Below, one piece after another: positions 56,722 to 64,000 of a stretch of 64,000 nt of DNA. This stretch comes from Eledone cirrhosa (lineage: Eukaryota). Below the pieces are notes generated by a model, which did not search any database, had not been told where the DNA came from, and worked only from the letters and a program-made list of their open reading frames with translations. Made by a program: the position numbers and the translations under genes. The DNA lies in contig OZ024740.1 in NCBI GenBank assembly GCA_964016885.1, positions 70,246,001 to 70,310,000 on the forward strand, read 5' to 3'. Numbering within the stretch: the first letter of the stretch is position 1; each line of letters starts with the position of its first letter.

Positions 56722-59373
56722 ACTCTTTGAGTCTCAGTCATTGATGTTAGTTAACTGGAAAGTTTGTTGAAATGAATATCAAGCAACTACCTGCAGCCTC
56801 AGATATTCAGGACGTATCGGAGGGTTCTTGCTGTTCCCAGCAAGCATGCCTTTTGAAGCGTTCCAAAAAGCGTGAAGGGCCAATTTTCTTTAACCATCCC
56901 TGGAAACTTTTTGAGATAGTCCCTAGTGCGCCTATGACAATCGGGATCACTTTGACTTCATGGCAGTTCCAAATCCTTTTTACCTCCCACTTTAAGTCCT
57001 GGGATCGGTTAATTTTCTCCCTCTCCTTCTCTTGCACTCTCGTGTCGAATGGGCAGGCCACATCCACAATCAGGCACGATCTTTTTTCTTTGTCCACAAC
57101 CACCAGGTCAGGTCTATTGTGTTCCAGTTTCTTGTCCGTCTGTATCCTAAAATCCCACAGCACCTTCACCTGATCGTTTTCTATCACCGCCTCTGGCTTA
57201 TGCTCATACCACTTCTCAGAATGTGGTAAATTGTTTACTTTGCATAGGTGCCAGTGGATCACGCTGCCCATCACATCATGTCTCCAGCCCTTATAGTGAG
57301 TCTGGGCTAGGTGTTTACACTCGGATACAATGTGAGCCACAGTCTCCTCTCTCTCTCCACAGATCCTGCACAGTGGGCTAGCCTCCTCCTTGTAAATATG
57401 GTGTTTCAACCACTTCGTTTTGAGGGCCTGCTCCTGCGCAGCCATTAACATTCCTTCTGTAGCCTTTTTAAAGTCTCCTCTTTTCAACCAGTTCCATGTC
57501 TGTGGATCTCTAAATTCAGTTTTCTCAAAGAAGGTACTATGAAGGGATTTTTCCTGAAGGCTGCTCTTTCTCCTTGATGTTATTTCCTCCTTGGACATCC
57601 CCTGGCCTATTGTCCCCTCCTTCAGTACAGTTCTGAGCATTGGCTCCTTACTATCAGTCACGTATTTGTGTAGGTTGTTTTTCTCCATCTGAACACAGTC
57701 CTCTATGCTGATAAGACCTCTTCCACCTTCAGATCTCCTTAAGTAGAGTCTATCGACATCACTCCTCTTGTGGAACATGTTGTAGATAGTCAATAGCTTC
57801 CTAGTCTTCCTATCCATTTCTTTTTGTTCAGCAACATTCCATCTCAGAATTCCCGCACTGTACCTAATAATAGACACAGCTCGGGAATTTACTGCACTTA
57901 TGGCATTCCTACTGTTCAGATGTGACTTTAATACGCTCCTTAGTCTCCGAATGTATTCAGTTCTTATCAATTCCTTCATTTTTTTGTTCTTGATGTCATC
58001 AGCCTCCAGCACGCCCAAATACTTGTATCCTTCTTCAGAGTCAATTTCCTTTATCATCTCACCTGTTGGTACCTGGATTCCGTTGCTTCTGCTCAATTTA
58101 CCCCTCTTCATTACAATGACTCCACACTTACTAATACTAAATTGCATACATATATCATTGCTGAAAATACGGACAGTGTCAACAAGCACATCCAACTCCT
58201 TCTCACTTTTCCCGAAGAGCTTAAGATCGTCCATGAAGAGGAGGTGATTGATGGTAAGCCCTCCCTTTCCCAACCTGTATCCTGCTCTCACTTTTCGCAG
58301 TACACTGGTCAGGGGCATCAGGGCAAGGACAAACAACAGAGGGGACAGACTATCTCCCTGGAAGATACCTCTCTTGATCTTCACGCTTCCCAAGGATTCT
58401 CCAGTTGATGTTAACTCTGTTTCCCAGGACTTCATACTTTTGCCCAACAACTGTCTGATGTTATCTGCCACCTTGAAGATCTCCAGGCTTTTGGTGATCC
58501 AAGAATGAGGCACCATGTCAAATGCCTTTTTGTAGTCTATCCATCCCATGGCAAGACCAGTGTGTCTCCTCTTGCAATTCCTCATTACCATCTTATCAAT
58601 AAGTAACTGGTCCTTTGTACCACGTGACTTCTTTCGGCATCCTTTCTGTTCGTCCGGTAACAAGTTGTTTGTGTGGCGGTGATGGTATATTTCCTCAGAC
58701 ATAATGCTTGTCAACAGTTTCCACATTACGGACAGACATGTGATAGGTCTATAGTTGGTAACATCATTACCCTTGATTCGGTCTTTCATTATCAGAACTG
58801 TGGTACCTTTTGTCAACCACTCTGGTACCTCACCTGACATTAAGCAGTCATTGAACATGGTTGTCAGTTTCGGGTGGAGGAATGTTATATTTTTAATCCA
58901 ATACCTCTGCACACCATCTGGGCCTGGTGATTTCCAGTTGGTTAGTTTTTTGGCCTGCCCCTTAAGAGTTTCAACTGTGATACTCAAATCAGTTTGTTAG
59001 TGTGCCTGTTCACTAATCTCCTCTGTACTGTCTCAATCCACACTGCCTGGTCATTATGTTTAACATCCTGCTCCCATATTCCTCTCCAGAATGTTTTAGT
59101 TTGTTCCGCCTCAGGGATCAAGTCGTTGCCTCTTTCTTTCCCTTCAAGCTGTCCAAACAGCATCTTCTGGTTGTTGTCGAACATGCGGTTCTGTCTATAC
59201 TGACTGACTCTGTTCTCGTATCACCTGATTTTTGCACTCTTTGCTACAATGCGTTGCTTCAGTTCCTCTATGATAATATTTAGCTTTTTCCTCCTAGTTT
59301 TGTACTTTATTTCCAGACTATTTTTAGTGTCTATGTTTTTTAGTGTCCCATTCAGTAGGGACTCAAGCTTTCC
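56722..59373 (-). mobile_element. R4/Dong-type non-LTR retrotransposon, 5'-truncated, in (TAA)n
   Basis: RT plus C-terminal restriction-like endonuclease; (TAA)n on both flanks, the known Dong target. Confidence 0.88.
56799..59370 (-). pseudogene. RT + CCHC + REL endonuclease; main open frame 56807-58987, frameshifts at both ends
   Basis: NWKSPGPDG, NYRPITCL, WIDYKKAFD, GIFQGDSLSP, FMDD, YKYLG, CRIC..ETVAHIVSEC, RHD, RPDLV..DVACP; C-terminus LQKACLLGTARTLRYVL in a shifted frame. Confidence 0.9.
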
Positions 59374-59374
59374 A

Positions 59375-59429
<55 letters not shown>

Positions 59430-60113
59430 CAATATTATATGAGAATATTTCTTTAACATTAATAGAATATTTTCTTTAACACATATCAATTATTTGAAAA
59501 TATTGGAGGCTTCCTATTTGAAAACGACGTCGTTTTATAAGAATTTGCGCTTTTTTTATGTGTCTTTGAGCGTCTGTGTTTGTGCGTGTGATTGTGTGCA
59601 TGAGTGACTGTACTTCAGAAAGTGTTTTAAATCGATATTTATACATGTGTGTTTGTGTTAGAATATGTATAGGTATGCGTATTTATGCGTGCGTGAGCGT
59701 GTGCACTTATATACATAATAGTCTCACATGAAATCGGATTTTCTTCGCCATTGCAAGAAAATAACTTTTTTTGAGGTTGCATGGTTCAAAATCTATTGCA
59801 GGATATGTTAATGTGTATTAACATTATGTTAATGAACATTATGTTAATGCATTTTAAAATAATTTTAATGTGAAATTGTAGATTTATTGGTATAAAAATA
59901 GCTAGAAACCTATGCTAATGGGGTGATGAAGTTCAAGATGTAATTCAGAATATTTTAATGTATATTAGAATAATGTTAATGTTAGGTTGTCGATTTATAG
60001 ATTTATAAGTATAAAACTAACAACTACCTTTTACTGATGGGATGACTGTGTGCATGTAGCTAATTCATATTAATTATGTGTATCTTGGTTGACTGAAACT
60101 TGAGTGCCAGTCA

Positions 60114-60165
<52 letters not shown>

Positions 60166-60177
60166 TTAATATAGATG

Positions 60178-60228
60178 AGATTCTACAGGACTAGAACTGT
60201 TTCATTCATTAGAAATCATCAGGAATCT
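60178..60228 (-). ncRNA. Type I hammerhead ribozyme (same family as 20066)
   Basis: AGATTC CTGATGA TTTC TAAT GAAT GAAA CAG TTCTAGTC CTG TA GAATCT; next to (TA)n. Confidence 0.8.
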
Positions 60229-61081
60229 GGGTATCAAAAAATAAATATGGTATTTATAGGTCTCTACAAGTGGTAGGAGAGGGTGGGGAGTGGGATGGGT
60301 GCAGGTCATTGGTTGATAGAAAAGGGAATTCATTAAAAGCTAATTCTACAAAGCTATAGTTAATTTTTATTTATATTTATTTATGTTTTTAGAGTAACAA
60401 AGGCAGACAGAATTCTATAAACAGGTTCCGGATGGCATACCATTCCTTGTCAATAAGTTTCTCTTAAGCTAACAGATGTCTATAAAATCAGTGGGGGGTC
60501 AGTCATGGTCGATAGAATTAAAGAAAAGGGAGATTCTTTAAAAGCTAAAGTCATTAAGGTTCTACTAAGTGACAAAGGTCTAGGGAATTCTGCAGACAGA
60601 TTCAAAATACTGAGTGCATATCTTACTATTATCTTCGAACTTCTCTTAAACTAATCAACAATATGCCAAAATCAACAGACACATTCACAAAAAAACAAAA
60701 AAACAAAAAAACAAAAAAACAGACAAACAAAAAAACACACATAAAAAACAAAAAAACACACATACTCACTCACACACTTACGCGCAACCATAAACACACA
60801 CACAAACACATATACACACATAAAAACACACACACATATATAAAGAATATATAAATATATATAAATATACATTCATGTACACACACATACATACACACAT
60901 ACATACATACATACATATATAATATACATATACACATATACATACGCACATATATATATATATATATATATACATACATATATATACATATATATACATA
61001 TATATATATATATACAAACATATATACATATATATATACATACATATATATATATATACACACACATACACACACACACAC

Positions 61082-61188
<107 letters not shown>

Positions 61189-61319
61189 CACACACACAGA
61201 TACACACACACATACACATACATACACACACACACACATATATACACAAATAAATACACTCACACGCATACATACAAACACGAGTATACATATGTATAAA
61301 TATCTATACACACACACAT

Positions 61320-61364
<45 letters not shown>

Positions 61365-61373
61365 TATATATAT

Positions 61374-61443
<70 letters not shown>

Positions 61444-61547
61444 TATCTGTGTGATCACGGGAGTTGTACCACGTGCTTATGCAGCAGTAGTAGCACCATT
61501 AGCAGTAGTAGTAAGAGGAGTAGGGGGAGGAAGAAGAGAATGATATC

Positions 61548-62292
61548 TACGAAATAAATTGATCCCCAAATTAAGGGTTCTGGTGTTTTATTTAAATGTA
61601 CATTAGACGTTCATGAAGTTACAAGATATCTTCTTCAAAATAAGACACTTGGTTCCAAACTTTTTTCATTGATCGCAGCAATACCGGAAGTAATTTTCTG
61701 TAAGTGTCCTTTGCTAGTCGGTTACAATTTTTTGTATGTTTTTTACAGAGGAAAAAAATTCACATGGAGCTAAATCTAGAATGTATGGAGGATGTGGAAA
61801 AGTAGGAATGTTTTGCTTCGCCAAAAATTGAAAGTGTTGTGTGTGCAGGCGTGTTATCGTTGGGCAGTACCCAAACTCCTGCAATGTCCTTTCCGACACG
61901 CTGGACCCGTTTTCGAAGTCGCTTCAATATATCTTTGTGGAAGGTGTGATTAACTGTTTGTCACTTAAGAACCCTACTTCTGGATAGAGTGGCATTCCAT
62001 AAATTTGTGTTCAAGAATTAAATGTTTCGGTGGCAGATTTGTTAAATTTCACACAAAATTTGATAATGTACGATTGTTAGATATTTTCCTGCATCGCAAA
62101 CATAACAGAGGTTATAAACACCTTTGTGTATAAACAGCAATAACTCGCGACTGACTCGATCGATCGTGTTAAATCATGTATGTACGTGCAGCCTATGTCA
62201 TAACCAACGGACGTATGTACTTTAACGAAGTGCTGCGTTACTATGTCGTACATAGGAAAATCAATACTCTTACTTTGGGGACAAACCGCGTA
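61548..62292 (-). mobile_element. Decayed mariner-family DNA transposon
   Basis: HPPYILDLAPCEFF (YSPDLAP motif) on minus strand 61714-61899; imperfect TIRs (TTG(A)TCCCCAAA(T/G)TAAG(G/A)GT) and TA ends. Confidence 0.7.
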
Positions 62293-62567
62293 GGTACATA
62301 TATTGGATATTGCAATAGGGGATGCAGATACATATGTGTAAGCGTGTGTACATATGTATGTGTCTGGTTATGTGTAAATAGTCCGTCATATACACAGTGA
62401 ATACTTTCATACACACATATAAATATGTAAGTATGATTATATGGTGTGTTATTGGGTAGGGGTGCGTGAGAGAGTATGGGATGAGAGTGTGTGTATGTGC
62501 GTTGAGTGTGTATGCGCATTTGTGTGTGTATATATGTGTGTATATATGTGTATATATAATTCATATG

Positions 62568-62624
<57 letters not shown>

Positions 62625-63409
62625 GGGTTGTGTTAATAATCTGTCTACACCTATACAGGAGATACACATAATAAAAACTTGTGTTTATGCGTCAATTGTA
62701 TGTGTATGTTTGCAGACAAACACGTATACACACATTTATTCACACAGACGTATAATGTACATTCATATATATATATAGAGGATGTATATATGTGAATTAA
62801 CTTTTTCGTTCTCTTTTCCACGCATGGAAGTAAGTGAATGTGTGAATATGTTAGTGTGGAGTGTATGTATGTCTGAGTGTGTAACATGGAATCTTTCATT
62901 TGAATGTTAGCCATTTTGTAAATATTCCCTTTCTCAACATGGCGACCAGTAAATATCCCGATGGTTGTTAAGGAAACGTCACGACAGCGTGTTAACGTCA
63001 GAAGTACCATCAAAATAGAGACAGGAAATGAAAGATGAAATAGTATAGAATTCATGTGGTTCTAACAGTTGTTAAGGATTAAGGTGATGGGGTTAGCACT
63101 CTTAGTTGGAACAGTGTCCGGCATTTAATCTGTTTTTTGTTTGTTCCTCATAATATATTTTTGTTTTGTTTTTCTTGTATTATATCCACCCTATTGAATG
63201 TTGGGAATGCTTTTTATTCTTTTATTTGCTTATTTATTTTTGCTGTTTTTGTTTCGGTTCGATTTTCGTTTTGTATCTTTTTTTTATTCATTTTCTTTTT
63301 TGTTTTGTTTTGTTTTGTTTTGTTTAGCCCCATGTCAGGATTGATTGAGCAGAGCTATCATGAAATATTTTTAAACTGTTATCATTTAGTCTATTTTATC
63401 TTAAGGTAT

Positions 63410-63558
63410 AATTGTTTCTACTTCAGGCACAAGGCCAGCAATTATCCAGTGCATTACTGGTACTTTATTTTATCGACCTCGTAAGGATGAAAGGCAAAGT
63501 CAACCTCGGCGGGATTTGAACTCAGATCGTAAAGGAACGTAACTATACTGGAAAGCAT
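63410..63558 (-). mobile_element. SINE (MetaSINE-like family), 5'-truncated
   Basis: Very similar to 42872-43020. Confidence 0.85.
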
Positions 63559-64000
63559 CTAGGACTACATTCTAGGTTGAAATATCAATTGAGATATATT
63601 TGACTGCTATTTCTAGCAGGTCGATTAAGTACGAAGTAGAAAGGCAAGCCAGTTGAAAAGCAGAGGAATATAAATCGGAACAATTAAAAAGAACAGTCGG
63701 TATTTTCTATTTGGCTATTTCTTGATAGTATCATGTAAGATGTGTCGGTGTTCAGAAAACACGGTCTTGCCATGTTGGTGCATCTCTTCCTCGTCTTGAG
63801 AGCCTATGATAGGTAGATATGGCAGGTTTAAAGAGAAAGAGGAAGGAGCACAAGGCGTGGCCATATTCGATAGCGAATCGATAGTCTTATCGATAATAAT
63901 TTTCGGTACCCGTTCGGATCGAACGCGAAACGCGCGTCACAAGTGAATAAATAAATATAATGATGGTTTTGTGATAATACGTTCCTGTTTTTTACAAATG

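Noticed and set aside
63895-63945. GAAACGCGCGTC with a preceding hairpin, a possible hammerhead
   Set aside because: There is no CTGAnGA core upstream and the context is cut by the window end.

Overview
This is AT-rich, microsatellite-dense eukaryotic intergenic or intronic DNA. The SINE and repeat content resembles cephalopod (Octopus-like) genomes, which is an inference. I found no host protein-coding exon, and most ORF-track entries are microsatellite artefacts. The real coding content comes from retrotransposons: three Tx1-clade LINE copies in (TATC)n or (ATT)n, one R4/Dong-type REL-endonuclease LINE in (TAA)n, three Penelope-like element (PLE) 3' fragments (two with substantial RT/GIY-YIG ORF) in (TA)n, and two RTE-like RT fragments. 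There is also a decayed mariner, a non-autonomous Helitron, a probable pogo-type MITE and many SINEs. The most striking structure is about 18 asymmetric head-to-head palindromic inserts, mostly flanked by (TA)n, from several different PLE terminal-repeat families. In each, one arm stops at an internal site and the opposite arm runs about 35-130 nt further into a tail; where a family has several copies, both end points recur at the same positions. Many carry minimal hammerhead ribozymes (HHRs), some pivot at the hammerhead stem II loop, and unrelated families share a GTATYGAGTAC-like tail motif. This suggests fixed-site twin priming with fold-back resolution. All alignments and folds were read by eye, so coordinates may be off by a few bases.
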